Positions 33,556 to 44,927 of a stretch of 64,000 bases of DNA are shown here, in pieces. Source of the stretch: an uncultured delta proteobacterium (GTDB taxonomy: Bacteria; Desulfobacterota; DSM-4660; Desulfatiglandales; Desulfatiglandaceae); the NCBI GenBank assembly GCA_963699845.1, contig CAVOVO010000028.1, positions 39,791 to 103,790 on the forward strand. The letters run 5' to 3'. The notes under the pieces were generated by a model. The model ran no database searches. It had not been told where the DNA came from and was given only the letters and a program-made list of their open reading frames with translations. The position numbers and the translations under genes are program-made. Each line of letters opens with the position of its first letter. The stretch's first letter is position 1.

Positions 33556-34588
33556 CACACCGCACAGGGGCAACCACCCCTCCCTCCTTTTGGTTCAAGA
33601 CCCCGGCAACGGCCTTCTTGAGCGCATCGAATCCTTCGCCGGTCAGGGCTGAGACCGCGAACGCTTCAAAGCCCAGGTGCTTCAGGGCGCGTTTTAAGGT
33701 TTCGGGGTCGCGGCACACCGAAGAGGGCAGGTCGATTTTGTTCATCAAAACGATCACGGGCTTGACCGCCAGCTCGGGATTGAAGTACTCCATTTCCCGC
33801 CTGACGGTCTCAAAATCCTCCAGCAGCTCATGCTGGGGCTGGAAGGCAATATCCAAGACATGAAGGAGGAGCTTCGTGCGCTCCACGTGTTTCAGGAACC
33901 GGTGCCCGAGACCCCGTCCTTCTCCGGCCCCTTCGATCAAACCCGGGATATCCGCCACAACCAGCAGTTGGCCCTCATCCAGGCCCATGATGCCCAGGTT
34001 CGGCGTGAGTGTGGTGAAGGGGTAGTCGTCGATTTTCGGGCGAGCCATGGTCAAACGGGAGAGGATGGTCGATTTGCCAACGTTAGGCAGACCGATGAGC
34101 CCGATATCGGCAATGAATTTAAGGGTCAGCTGCAGGGCCTTTTCGTGGCCGGGTTGCCCGGCCTGGGCGTGACGGGGGGCTCTGTGGGTGGGGGTTGCGA
34201 AGTGCTGGTTTCCCTTCCCGCCCCGGCCACCCGGGATGAGAAGGACCTCCTGGCCGTCGTCCATGAGCTCCGCGATCAATTCCCCAGAATCGGCATCATG
34301 GATCAGGGTGCCCGGCGGCACCTTCAGCACAAGATCGGCTCCTCCTCTGCCCGACCGGTTTTTCCCTTTTCCGGGTTCACCGTTGCGGGCCCTCAATTTC
34401 CTTTTGGAAACGTAATTCGACAGGGAGTAGGTGGCCCCGACGGCCCTCGCAAAAACACTTCCACCTTTGCCGCCGTCTCCCCCGTCCGGGCCGCCCCTGG
34501 GCTTGTATTTCTCTCTCAGGAAACTGACACACCCTGTTCCCCCGTCTCCCGATCTGGCCCAAACCACCACTTCATCCAGAAATGCCAT
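33515..34588 (-). CDS. obg: GTPase Obg/CgtA
   Basis: FLDEVVVWARSGDGGTGCVSFLREKY, Gly-rich Obg fold, G1 motif GLPNVGKST, G3 DIPGLIEGA. Confidence 0.95.
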   Translation of the reverse strand: MAFLDEVVVWARSGDGGTGCVSFLREKYKPRGGPDGGDGGKGGSVFARAVGATYSLSNYVSKRKLRARNGEPGKGKNRSGRGGADLVLKVPPGTLIHDADSGELIAELMDDGQEVLLIPGGRGGKGNQHFATPTHRAPRHAQAGQPGHEKALQLTLKFIADIGLIGLPNVGKSTILSRLTMARPKIDDYPFTTLTPNLGIMGLDEGQLLVVADIPGLIEGAGEGRGLGHRFLKHVERTKLLLHVLDIAFQPQHELLEDFETVRREMEYFNPELAVKPVIVLMNKIDLPSSVCRDPETLKRALKHLGFEAFAVSALTGEGFDALKKAVAGVLNQKEGGVVAPVRCDESESKELEAGNP

Positions 34589-34619
34589 CTCTGCCTACGG
34601 AAAAAGGCAAAATCTGCCC

Positions 34620-34874
34620 TCAGGCGGCGTACACGCTTACCCGTTTTCTGGTCTTTCCAAAACGCTCAAAGGTGACGACGCCGTCGATTTTAGAGAAAAG
34701 GGTGTAATCCTTCCCGAGGCCCACATTCGTCCCCGGATGGATTTTGGTCCCCTTCTGGCGGACAATGATGCTCCCGGCCCTGACGGACTGCCCGCCAAAG
34801 CGCTTCACGCCAAACCGCTGGCCAGCGCTGTCTCTCCCGTTACGAGAGCTTCCACCTGCTTTCTTGTGTGCCAT
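34620..34874 (-). CDS. rpmA: 50S ribosomal protein L27
   Basis: [29 protein letters not shown]... Start at the internal ATG of ORF 34620..34970. Confidence 0.95.
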   Translation of the reverse strand: MAHKKAGGSSRNGRDSAGQRFGVKRFGGQSVRAGSIIVRQKGTKIHPGTNVGLGKDYTLFSKIDGVVTFERFGKTRKRVSVYAA

Positions 34875-34950
34875 GATGTTGACCTCAGCATGATCTCGCG
34901 CCTGCCTTGCATGGAAAAGGCAGGACAGCCACATTGACTCAAACGGAGAA

Positions 34951-35262
34951 TCAACCCTCGATGGTTTCAATCCTGACGAGGGTCAAGGGCTGGCGGTGGC
35001 CGCGTTTTCTCCGATAATGTTTTCTTCGCTTGAACTTTACAACCAGCACCTTCTTAGCCTTGGCCTGTCTCAGAATCCGTCCCAAGACCTTTGAGGTCTC
35101 GACCAAAGGCTTTCCGACACGAACTTCTTCACCATCTGCTGTCAGAAGGACCTGATCGAAGGTGACGGCATCCCCGACCGCCCCCGGAAGCTTTTCGATT
35201 TGGATGTCTTGTCCGGGCATGACGCGGTACTGCTTTCCGCCCGTCTGAATAACCGCATACAT
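34951..35262 (-). CDS. rplU: 50S ribosomal protein L21
   Basis: [14 protein letters not shown]... ATG 35262 lies 7 nt after AGGAG. The TTG at 35268 is the track start. Confidence 0.93.
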   Translation of the reverse strand: MYAVIQTGGKQYRVMPGQDIQIEKLPGAVGDAVTFDQVLLTADGEEVRVGKPLVETSKVLGRILRQAKAKKVLVVKFKRRKHYRRKRGHRQPLTLVRIETIEG

Positions 35263-35418
35263 ATCCAATCTCCTATCGGAAATGTGTAACCCATCCCGGG
35301 TAAACGCCCGCGTTGGGAGCGCTCAGAGACCAGCCCGCGTTGGCTGACCCAACCCTTGCGTCAGTCGGGTCACCCAGTGTGTCAGCAATGAGCAGGCTTC
35401 GTTGAACGCGAATCTGTA

Positions 35419-35447
35419 AGTATATTTTTTTTCCAGCCCTTCGTCAA
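35419..35447 (-). promoter_or_regulatory. putative sigma70-type promoter of the rplU-rpmA-obg operon
   Basis: On the minus strand: TTGACG, 17 nt, TATACT. It lies ~150 nt upstream of the rplU start. Confidence 0.4.
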
Positions 35448-35603
35448 TAACAAAACGAGGTAGCTTCAACACATGAATCACAAAAAAAAAGAATGTTCAC
35501 TTTACCACATTCAGCGCGTGATGGCCATCTCTAAACCACCTTTTCCGCCGGCCGAGCTCCCTGCACATCACCAGCCAATGCAAAGATGGAACAGAAACAT
35601 ATA

Positions 35604-36756
<1,153 letters not shown>

Positions 36757-36852
36757 TTGCGGCTGGAAAGGGCCGGCCCCGATCCCGCAAGCCGCCGGTT
36801 TGAAGGCATGACGGGGGTGAGCCGGGTTGGGGCCGCATGTGGGAGAAAGACG

Positions 36853-38121
36853 ATGGCTATCTCGAAAAAGACGGTCCGTGATGTGGACCTCCGGGGTAAG
36901 TCTGTGATCATGCGGGTGGACTTCAACGTGCCCATGAAGGATGGGACGGTTCTGGACGACACCCGCATCCGCGCAGCGCTCCCCACCATTGACTATGTCT
37001 TGAAGCAGGGCGCCCGGCGGTTGGTTCTGATGTCGCATCTGGGTGATCCCAAAAAGGACATTCAAAAGGCCCGGGAAAAGGCCGAGAAAGACGGGAAGCC
37101 TTTTGACGAAAAGAAGTTCAGTGAGGGCAAACACAGGATGGCGCCCGTTGCCAAGCGTCTTGCTGCGCTTCTTCAAAAGGAAGTGAAGCTTGCCCCCTCA
37201 TGCATGGGGCCCGACACGGAGGAGAGGGTGCGCTCTCTGCCTGAGGGCGGTATTCTGATGCTCGAAAACACCAGATACCACAAGGAGGAGAAGGCCAAGG
37301 ACCCCTCCGAACGGGAAAAGATGGCAAAGGTCCTCGCCACTTATGGCGATATTTTCGTGAACGACGCCTTCGGGACGGCCCATCGTGCACACGCCTCCAC
37401 GGAAACCATTGCCAAGCTCATACCCGGGGTTGCAGGGCTGCTCATGGAAAAGGAACTGGAGTACCTGCAGGAAAAGGTCGTGAAGGACCCGGCCAAACCA
37501 TTTGTGGCAATCATTGGCGGGGCGAAGGTCTCCTCCAAAATCGGCGTTCTTGAAAAGCTCCTGGAGAAGGTGAATTGCCTGGTCGTGGGCGGCGGCATGG
37601 CTTTCACCTTTTTCAAAGCGAAGGGTTATGAGATCGGCAAGTCCTTGTGCGAGGACGATCAAATAGGCTTAGCCAAAACCATTCTCGAGAAATCCGAAAG
37701 GAGGAACGTTCGGCTGATCCTCCCCGTTGACCAGGTGGTGGCCTCCGAGTTCTCCGAGAAGGGAGAATCCGAGGTGGTTGAGGCTGACAAAATGCCGCCT
37801 GATATGATTGGCATGGACATCGGTCCCAAGAGCATCGAGGCCATCAGGGGAGCCTTGGCCGGGGCCAGGACGATTTTTTGGAACGGTCCGTTGGGTGTGT
37901 TTGAGATGGAGAAATTCGCCCGCGGCACCATGGAGGTCGCGAAGGCCATCGCCGGGATGAAAGACGCCGTGACGGTGATCGGCGGGGGGGATTCGGTTTC
38001 CGCCGTGAACAAGGCAGGGCTTGCTGACAGCATGTCCCATATTTCAACAGGAGGGGGCGCATCGCTTGAGCTTGTGGAGGGGAAAACACTTCCTGGCGTT
38101 GCTGCGCTTCAGGACAGGTAG
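36853..38121 (+). CDS. pgk: phosphoglycerate kinase (the longest frame starts at 36757)
   Basis: LRGKSVIMRVDFNVPM..LMSHLGDPK..FVNDAFGTAHRAHAS..GGGDS..STGGGASLE. Start at MAISKKTV. Confidence 0.95.
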   Translation: MAISKKTVRDVDLRGKSVIMRVDFNVPMKDGTVLDDTRIRAALPTIDYVLKQGARRLVLMSHLGDPKKDIQKAREKAEKDGKPFDEKKFSEGKHRMAPVAKRLAALLQKEVKLAPSCMGPDTEERVRSLPEGGILMLENTRYHKEEKAKDPSEREKMAKVLATYGDIFVNDAFGTAHRAHASTETIAKLIPGVAGLLMEKELEYLQEKVVKDPAKPFVAIIGGAKVSSKIGVLEKLLEKVNCLVVGGGMAFTFFKAKGYEIGKSLCEDDQIGLAKTILEKSERRNVRLILPVDQVVASEFSEKGESEVVEADKMPPDMIGMDIGPKSIEAIRGALAGARTIFWNGPLGVFEMEKFARGTMEVAKAIAGMKDAVTVIGGGDSVSAVNKAGLADSMSHISTGGGASLELVEGKTLPGVAALQDR

Positions 38122-38258
38122 CTTCCACCCATGAATCGGCGATTCTTGTGAGGCGCTTAGCGCGGTCAGCATTCAGCCAATCTCTTGTTTTTTATTGATC
38201 TTTGCCGACTGCTGAACGCTGAAGGCTGACAGCTGTTTTTTGAGAGGAGGGCGAATCC

Positions 38259-39019
38259 ATGAGGAAAGCGTTAATGGCCGCCAACTGGAAGATGTACAAA
38301 ACGATCCAGGAGGGAGTGGACTTCATCAAGGCTCTGAAACCCATGATTGGAGAGGCGGATGATCGGGACGTTTTGATATGCCCGTCCTTTAGCGCCATCC
38401 AGGCCGTCGCCACGGCGGCCCAGGGGTCGAACATACAGATCGGTGGTCAAAACATGTACTTTGAAAAGGAGGGGGCCTTTACCGGGGAAGTCTCGGCACC
38501 CATGCTCTTGGATGCCGGGGCGACATGGGTCGTTCTTGGACATTCCGAACGGAGGCACGTCTTCCATGAATCGGACGAAATGATCAATAAGAAGGTCCAC
38601 ACGGCCCTGGCACATGGTCTGAAACCCATCCTCTGCGTGCGGGGAGCTCATTGAGGAACGGGAAGCGGGACGAACCGAAGCCGTTGTCAAGGAAGCAGGT
38701 CGTCGAAGGATTCAAAGGGCTTTCGAGAGAGCAGGCCCTGAAGGTCGTGATTGCCTATGAGCCGGTCTGGGCAATCGGTACCGGTAAGACGGCCACACCG
38801 GAAGATGCGGACACCGTGCATGCCTTTATCCGGGGCGTGGTGGGTGAGCTTTTCGACCGGGGTTTGGCCGACTCGAAGATCATCCAGTACGGTGGGTCCG
38901 TCAAACCGGAAAATGTGGATTCCCTCATGGCCAAACCGAACATCGACGGCGCGCTGGTGGGCGGCGCAAGCCTCAAAGCAGACTCGTTTTCAAGGATCGT
39001 CCGGTTTCAGCCCGGTTAG
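38259..39019 (+). pseudogene. tpiA: triose-phosphate isomerase with two 1-nt insertions (~38640 and ~38695)
   Basis: ORF 38259..38654 (ANWKMYKT..VVLGHSERRHVF..KPILCV). A third frame reads [21 protein letters not shown] 38651..39019 then continues [32 protein letters not shown]. Confidence 0.85.
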
Positions 39020-39076
39020 GAGGTGCGCCGGCCATGCCGTGACGATTGGTGTACGCACGGTTCTCTCACCCGATGG

Positions 39077-42000
39077 CTATGGGTCGGCAGGAACCAGCTG
39101 TTTCAATTTTTCCGTGCTCAGGATATCGCAGGGGTGTTTTTGGTTTGCGCCCAGGTTTACAAAGGGCACCAGCAGTCCCAGCGGGCCGATCGCGAGCACG
39201 CTGAGGAACTTGGCCCCTGTCGTTAACAAGGAGACTGTATCCGGTCTCACCTTGGGATCCACCATCGAGCCGCTAACCCGGAGGTTCGTCGCAAGGCTTA
39301 CGAGGCTCGGTCGTTTGGGCTTTGGCACGAGCAAAAAATTCACCTGCTCGGTGCCCAAGTTGATGTCTCCTTCGCCTCCCAGGATCGCGAGTTTGGTGTC
39401 AAACACAAAGGCCTCGCTGGTTGCAACCCCACTCTTGATGTCGAAATCCACCACGGCGCACTGGATGTGTCCTGCTTCTTTATGTTTTCCCCAGAATGAG
39501 TTGACCCTTTGGGAAAGATTCATGGCAAGCAGGTCCAGGAACCTGGGCATGTAGCCTTTGCCCATCACCGCACCCACCTTGCCATTGAGATTTGCCATGA
39601 GGGCGTGAACCGAATTCCCCTTGCTCTCAATATTAACTGCAATATCCACGTTGCCCTGAAGCTGATCGCTCACCCCCGTCTCCTTGAGGCAGTTGCCAAC
39701 GTCGAGATTCTGCACAAGGAATTCCGTCGACAAATGGCATTCTGAACGGGAGTCGAGGTGAAAGCTTCCACTAAGCTTCGACTCAAGATAAGTTGCTTCG
39801 AGCGTATCCACGTCGAGGCGGGCGTCGTCGATCTTGAGCGTGACATGCCCCAGTTTAAATCGTGCGTCCCTGGCGTGGATATTCCTGGCCTTGAGCACGA
39901 TATCCGCGTCCAGGTGTCTCAGAAAAGCCAAAGGAATTGGTTCATCTGAGAAGAGACGACTTTCGTCTTTGCCTTCCTGGCTGGGCACCTGTTCTTCTCC
40001 CTCAAGGCTTTTCATGATCCGGGTAAAGTCCATTACCGATGATTCAAGAACCAGGGTGATCTTTGGTCGTTTTTGAAGCGCAACTGTTCCATGGCCATTA
40101 AAATCGCTCTGATCGACGATGGCTGAAAGACCGTCAAATGAAAGTGAGCTCCTGGAACCGGTGAGCCGACCGCTCACATCAAAGGGGCCCAGCTCGGGGA
40201 TTTTTGTATCGAAAAGGGGACCGACCTCCGCCAACTCTGTCCCTGAAACTTTCACCTGCAAATCCATGTCGGTAAGTGCGATCAAGTCCTTGATTCCCCC
40301 CTTGAGATCGATACGCAGGCTGCCTTTGCTGGGCAGAGCCCTGCCCATCCTGGAGGGACAGGTTTTTGGCGGAGCCGGTGAGTCGGCCGCTCACATCAAA
40401 GGGGCCGAGCTCGGGGATTTTGGTATCGAAAAGGGGCCCGACCTGTGCCAGCTCTGTCCCTGAGACTTTGATCTGGAGGTCCATTCCGGTAAGTGCGATC
40501 AAGTCCTTGATTCCCCCCTTGAGGTCGATGCGCAAGGTGCCTTTGCGGGCAGAGCCCTGCCCATCCTGGAGGGACAGCGTCTTTGCGGAGCCGGTGAGTC
40601 GGCCGCTTACATCAAAGGGGCCGAGCTCGGGGATTTTGGTATCGAAAAGGGGGCCGACCTGTGCCAGCTCTGTCCCTGAGACTTTCGATCTGGAGGTCCA
40701 TTCCGGTAAGTGCGACCAAGTCCTTGATTCCCCCCTTGAGGTCGATGCGCAAGAGTGCCTTTGCGGGCAGAGCCTTGCCCATCCAGGAGGGACAGCGTCT
40801 TTGCAGAACCGGTGAGTCGGCCGCTCACATCAAAGGGGCCGAGCTCGGGGATTTTGGTATCGAAAAGAGGGCCGACCTGTGCCAGCTCTGTCCCTGAGAC
40901 TTTGATCTGGAGGTCCATGCCGGCAAGTGCGATCAAGTCCTTGATTCCCCCCTTGAGATCGATGCGCAGGCTGCCTTTGCGGGCAGAGCCTTGCCCATCC
41001 TGGAGGGACAGCGTCTTTGCAGAACCGGTGAGTCGGCCCTGTCCGGTGAATTGATCGGTCTCCGGCAGCTTCACGTCAAAGGAGGGTCCGAGCGCTGCCA
41101 GGTTTTTGCCTGAAGTCTCAAAACGCAGATCCATTTGGTCAGCCGCCACAAGGTCGCCCACTGTGCCACTGATCTTTAAATCCATACCTGCTCCGGACAG
41201 ATTCCCAACGAAGTCTTCAAGGACCAGGGCGTCTTTGGAGCCTTTCAGATGTCCCTCGCCATCAAATTTTTCCGTCTTTGGCAGGTCATTCCTTTTGCCA
41301 AGTCCTTGTTGCCACAGGTTTTTCCCTGATGCGCGGACTTTGAGATCGATTCCCGTAAGATGCAGGACATCTTCGATGGCCCCGGCAATCTCAAACGCTG
41401 CATTCGAGAAATGTCCCGACAACTCAAGCGGAAATCGTTGCCCTGCCAATAGAGCGCTGATCCGTCCGATCTTACCGGAGAGCGCGACCGGTTGCCCATT
41501 GTAGTCAGCACGGAGATGGAGCGAGAGCGTATCGAGCGTTTCCTGATTCGCCACATCTAGGCCGGCCAAGCTGCCCCGCGTTTCGGAGCCTGTCTTTCCG
41601 TTGCGAAATGTAAGGTGCAGGTTCTCAATACGGAGGCCGGCCACATCAATCCTTGGAACTTTGAATCCCCCTGATTTTTCGGGCAAGCGGTTCTCAATCG
41701 CGAGATCCCAGTTGCCCCGACCGGTTGCGTCCGTCTCAAGCAGCAAATTGACCCCTGAAAGACCGATGTGCTCCAGCTCCACATCGCCGAAGAGCAGTGG
41801 AAGGAGCCGGGCCTGTGCCTGAAGCTGTTCGACTTTGATCATATCCGTTTGCGAGCCCCATTCCGCGTTGCCGAAGGAGATATCCCTCACGATCAGCTTC
41901 GGCGAAAAACCAAAAGCCAGTTTGACATTACCGTCCAGCTTCAGATCTCGGCCCGTGGCATCCCTGACCATCCGAGCGATCCGCGGCTTGAGTTCGTTGT

Positions 42001-42088
42001 AATCATAGTTCACCAGGATCAGGTAGACCGCACCCAACATGACGATCAGCAAGAGACCAAATGTGATCGGAATCCATTTCCAACGCAT
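39077..42088 (-). pseudogene. AsmA-family outer-membrane biogenesis/lipid-transport protein (~1000 aa if repaired), interrupted by three 1-nt insertions inside its tandem repeat
   Basis: N-terminus MRWKWIPITFGLLLIVMLGAVYLILVNYDYNELKPRIARMV..LKLDGNVKLAFGFSPKL is AsmA-like. ORFs 40607..42088, 40179..40535 and 39077..40348 all carry the same repeat. The first and last ORFs are in the same frame. Confidence 0.8.
40154..41020 (-). repeat. four near-identical tandem copies of a 216-bp (72-aa) unit inside the AsmA-family gene; a fifth, diverged copy follows at 41021-~41240
   Basis: Copies: 40154-40370 (217 bp), 40371-40586 (216), 40587-40804 (218), 40805-41020 (216). Each begins GGAGCCGGTGAG/AGAACCGGTGAG on the plus strand. 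The encoded unit is GSLRIDLKGGIKDLIALTGMDLQIKVSGTELAQVGPLFDTKIPELGPFDVSGRLTGSAKTLSLQDGQGSARK. Confidence 0.9.
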
Positions 42089-42380
42089 CAGAATTCGTCC
42101 TTCTTCGCGAAAAGCCTTTTTGATTCTCTGGTCAAAACAGGGTTAGATGCATTTCAGACACTCAATGTTATCATCGAAATCGGGATTAAGATATGCTATA
42201 AACGAGAAAATCCTGGTTTCAACCCTGGTGCCTTTTCGCGAGGATAAAGATGGGATCGGGGCTTTTAGTTGCCGGGAGGATTTTCGGGACAGCGCCGAAA
42301 GGAATAGCAGCGATGGTGGCCGTTTGATTTCTGGGCCACGCGTTCGGGAGGGTTCAACCGAGGGGACATGGAGGCCAGGG

Positions 42381-43376
42381 ATGCCTTTTTTTGAGCTGGG
42401 CGCACGGTTTACACGCAAATGGCGACAGAGGAGCCTCCAAAAGGAAAAGGCACGGACCTTACAGAAGGCCACCGAGGTGGTTGTCGAGGCGACCGAACCC
42501 AGAATCCGCCAAGTGCGAGGATACCGGGAGAAGCTGGGCCCGGCCGTCGAGGAGGCCATGCGGTTTGCCGATGAGCTCGTGGAAGGGCTTCCGGGTCCCA
42601 TTCTGGTCGGCAAGGGGATGTGGGCAACGGATCCCTATCTGAGGGCCTTTTTCGCAAGCGTCGATGAGATGCGGGAGGTCCTGAGTCTTGATCGGGCGCT
42701 TAATGCCTTTTTCAAAGGGAACGTCTTTTTGGATTGTTACGCCCTTCTCACCATGGGGAGGCGGGAGCAGACTGTGTTCGGGACCGAACAGGTTGGGGAG
42801 ATCATCAGGCGGGACGTGGCCAGAACAGCGGTGAGCTTTTTGGATCTCCGCATCGTGTCCCCTTGCGGGACTGAGGCTGAGACAAGAGCGGATCTCAAGG
42901 CGCGGACACTTTCTGTGCTGTCGGAATACGCCCATGAGAAGATCCATTCCCTCCGTGTGCAAAAAGACGATCTCCAGGCGCAGAGAGAGAAGGTTAAGGT
43001 CAAACTGAAAGTCCTGCAGGGAGAATTCCACGATTCGCACCCGTTGGGAAACGGCACGGATGGGCAAGAAGGGAGCAGAACCCGCGAGGCCCGGGCTTTA
43101 CTGACCGAAATTGATCGCAGGATCGAACAAGCGAATCTTGTACTCAATGATCCAAGGGCTTGCCTTGCTCTTTTGGCGGACGTCCTGAGCCATCCGCGTG
43201 ACAATATGAAGAAGGAAACGGTGACCCTGAGGCTGAGCCCCATGGGTATCAAGGCATGCCAGGATTCCCAAGAAACTTGCGGGGAGATCGTCCTTAGAGA
43301 GATCGAAATGAGAAAAGGGGTCAAAAGGGTTGCGGTCGTTGTCAAAATCCAGAGGGCCGAGGTGTTGGAATCATGA
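42381..43376 (+). CDS. uncharacterised soluble protein (331 aa) with a central coiled-coil-like segment; the longest frame starts at 42147
   Basis: ATG 42381 lies 6 nt after GGAGG. No motif recognised and no Walker A. KIHSLRVQKDDLQAQREKVKVKLKVLQGE suggests a coiled coil. Divergent from the AsmA-family gene and upstream of mlaE. Confidence 0.55.
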   Translation: MPFFELGARFTRKWRQRSLQKEKARTLQKATEVVVEATEPRIRQVRGYREKLGPAVEEAMRFADELVEGLPGPILVGKGMWATDPYLRAFFASVDEMREVLSLDRALNAFFKGNVFLDCYALLTMGRREQTVFGTEQVGEIIRRDVARTAVSFLDLRIVSPCGTEAETRADLKARTLSVLSEYAHEKIHSLRVQKDDLQAQREKVKVKLKVLQGEFHDSHPLGNGTDGQEGSRTREARALLTEIDRRIEQANLVLNDPRACLALLADVLSHPRDNMKKETVTLRLSPMGIKACQDSQETCGEIVLREIEMRKGVKRVAVVVKIQRAEVLES

Positions 43377-43465
43377 ACCACACTAAACCGCCAAACCGGC
43401 AACGCCTCGGGATAGTCATTCCACCCAGTCTGCCGGCCTTGGTGCGACCATTGTGAGCTTTTTGC

Positions 43466-43493
43466 TTGAAAAAGGAAGTCGTTTGGATAAACT
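43466..43493 (+). promoter_or_regulatory. possible sigma70-type promoter upstream of mlaE
   Basis: TTGAAA, 16 nt, TAAACT, ~60 nt before the mlaE ATG. Confidence 0.3.
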
Positions 43494-43553
43494 GCATTTG
43501 TTCAAAGTCCGTTCAGCCGATTATCGGAGATAAAGCTGGAAGAGAAGGTTCCT

Positions 43554-44333
43554 ATGAACCCTTTTGCTGTTATTGGGAATAAGGTTATGGTCCTGGTAGG
43601 AGGTCTGGGGGCCCTAGCGATCTTTCTTGTGCGCTCTTTTTTAATGATTTTCCGGCCAAAGCAGTTGGGTACCATTTTAGACCAGATCTATCACGTGGGA
43701 GCCAGGTCGGTCGGTATCGTGCTGCTGGTGGGCCTGTTCACGGGAATGGTGCTCGGGCTTCAGCTCTTTTACACCCTGCAGAAGTTCGGTTCATCGGGTT
43801 TTCTTGGATCTGCCATTTCTCTGAGTCTGATCCGGGAGCTTGGCCCTGTATTCACGGCCATCATGGTGACCGCAAGGGCGGGATCGTCCATGGCCACGGA
43901 GATCGGCGTCCAAAGGATCTCCGAACAGATCGATGCCCTGAGCACCATGCGCATCGACCCGCTTCGCTTCCTCGTGAGCCCCAGACTGGCCGCCGCCGTT
44001 GTCAGCTTCCCGATTCTGACAGCCCTTTTTGACCTTATCGGCATCATCGGTGGATGGATTTCCGGCGTGGTCCTGCTGGGTCTCAATTCGGGAACCTATA
44101 TTCACTCCATCACGTCCAGCGTGGAAATCAGTGACATCAACGGCGGTTTTTTCAAGTCCCTCGTTTTCGGCATCCTGGTTTCAACGATTTGTTGTTTTCA
44201 AGGATTTTTTACGCATATGCAAAAGGACGCTTTCGGGGCCAAGGCAGTCGGGCTTTCAACCACATCGGCCGTGGTGCTGTCCTGCGTCATGATTCTAATA
44301 TCCGATTACGTGGTCACTTCTTTTCTGTTGTAG
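43554..44333 (+). CDS. mlaE: MlaE-family ABC transporter permease
   Basis: IYHVGARSVGIVLLVGLFTGMVLGLQ..LIRELGPVFTAIMVTARAGSSMATEIG..RISEQIDALSTMRIDP. Confidence 0.9.
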   Translation: MNPFAVIGNKVMVLVGGLGALAIFLVRSFLMIFRPKQLGTILDQIYHVGARSVGIVLLVGLFTGMVLGLQLFYTLQKFGSSGFLGSAISLSLIRELGPVFTAIMVTARAGSSMATEIGVQRISEQIDALSTMRIDPLRFLVSPRLAAAVVSFPILTALFDLIGIIGGWISGVVLLGLNSGTYIHSITSSVEISDINGGFFKSLVFGILVSTICCFQGFFTHMQKDAFGAKAVGLSTTSAVVLSCVMILISDYVVTSFLL

Positions 44334-44427
44334 GCGGCCTGGACAAGGGGTTGTGTCATGCGCCGGGCGCGGACCTCATGGTCTTGCGTACGCAGAACGG
44401 ATAGCGAAGCTTGGAGGGGCAATCGGG

Positions 44428-44880
44428 ATGAAGAGATTTGAAAAGGAGACGGTGGTAGGGGTTTTTGTGGTCGTCGGGCTGTTGTGCCTCGGCTACATGA
44501 CCGTAAATCTCGGAAAGGTGTCCCTCTTTGGGGATGAAACATACAGCCTGGTTGCGCGGTTCAGCTCAGTGAACGGGTTGCGGGTCGGCAATTCAGTGGA
44601 GATGATCGGTATCGAGGTTGGCCGCGTAGCAGGGTTGACTTTGGACGAGAAGGATTTAGTGGTTCTTGCGGAGCTCAAGCTCAGGCAAGGGGTGAAAGTT
44701 TACGATGACGCCATCGCTTCCATCAAAACGGCGGGACTGATCGGTGACAAATACGTGCAGATCGACCCGGGGGGCGGCGGCGTTTTGCTGAAACCCGGGG
44801 GGATGATCACCGAGACGGAGGCGCCGGTGGACATCGGGGACCTCATCAGCAAGTATGCGTTTGGCGATGTCAAGAAATAG
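44428..44880 (+). CDS. mlaD: MlaD-family MCE-domain protein
   Basis: N-terminal TM (ETVVGVFVVVGLLCLGYM) + MCE domain (YSLVARFSSVNGLRVGNSVEMIGIEVGRV..TAGLIGDKYVQIDPG). ATG 44428 after GGAGGGG. Confidence 0.85.
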   Translation: MKRFEKETVVGVFVVVGLLCLGYMTVNLGKVSLFGDETYSLVARFSSVNGLRVGNSVEMIGIEVGRVAGLTLDEKDLVVLAELKLRQGVKVYDDAIASIKTAGLIGDKYVQIDPGGGGVLLKPGGMITETEAPVDIGDLISKYAFGDVKK

Positions 44881-44927
44881 TTTTTGTGCAAACTGGATGA
44901 AAGAAGAGAGAGTCGAAGGGAGGCAAT

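Noticed and set aside
38122-38258. Partial inverted repeat between pgk and tpiA (GTCAGCATTCAGC ... GCTGAACGCTGAAGGCTGAC), considered as a terminator or attenuator.
   Set aside because: The pairing is imperfect, with a long AT-rich loop and no clear U-tract in the right position. It cannot be distinguished from chance without comparative data.
40154-41020. Regularly spaced ~216-bp repeats that could be mistaken for a CRISPR or other non-coding array.
   Set aside because: The units abut directly with no unique spacers. They are far longer than CRISPR repeats and translate into a continuous AsmA-family protein module.
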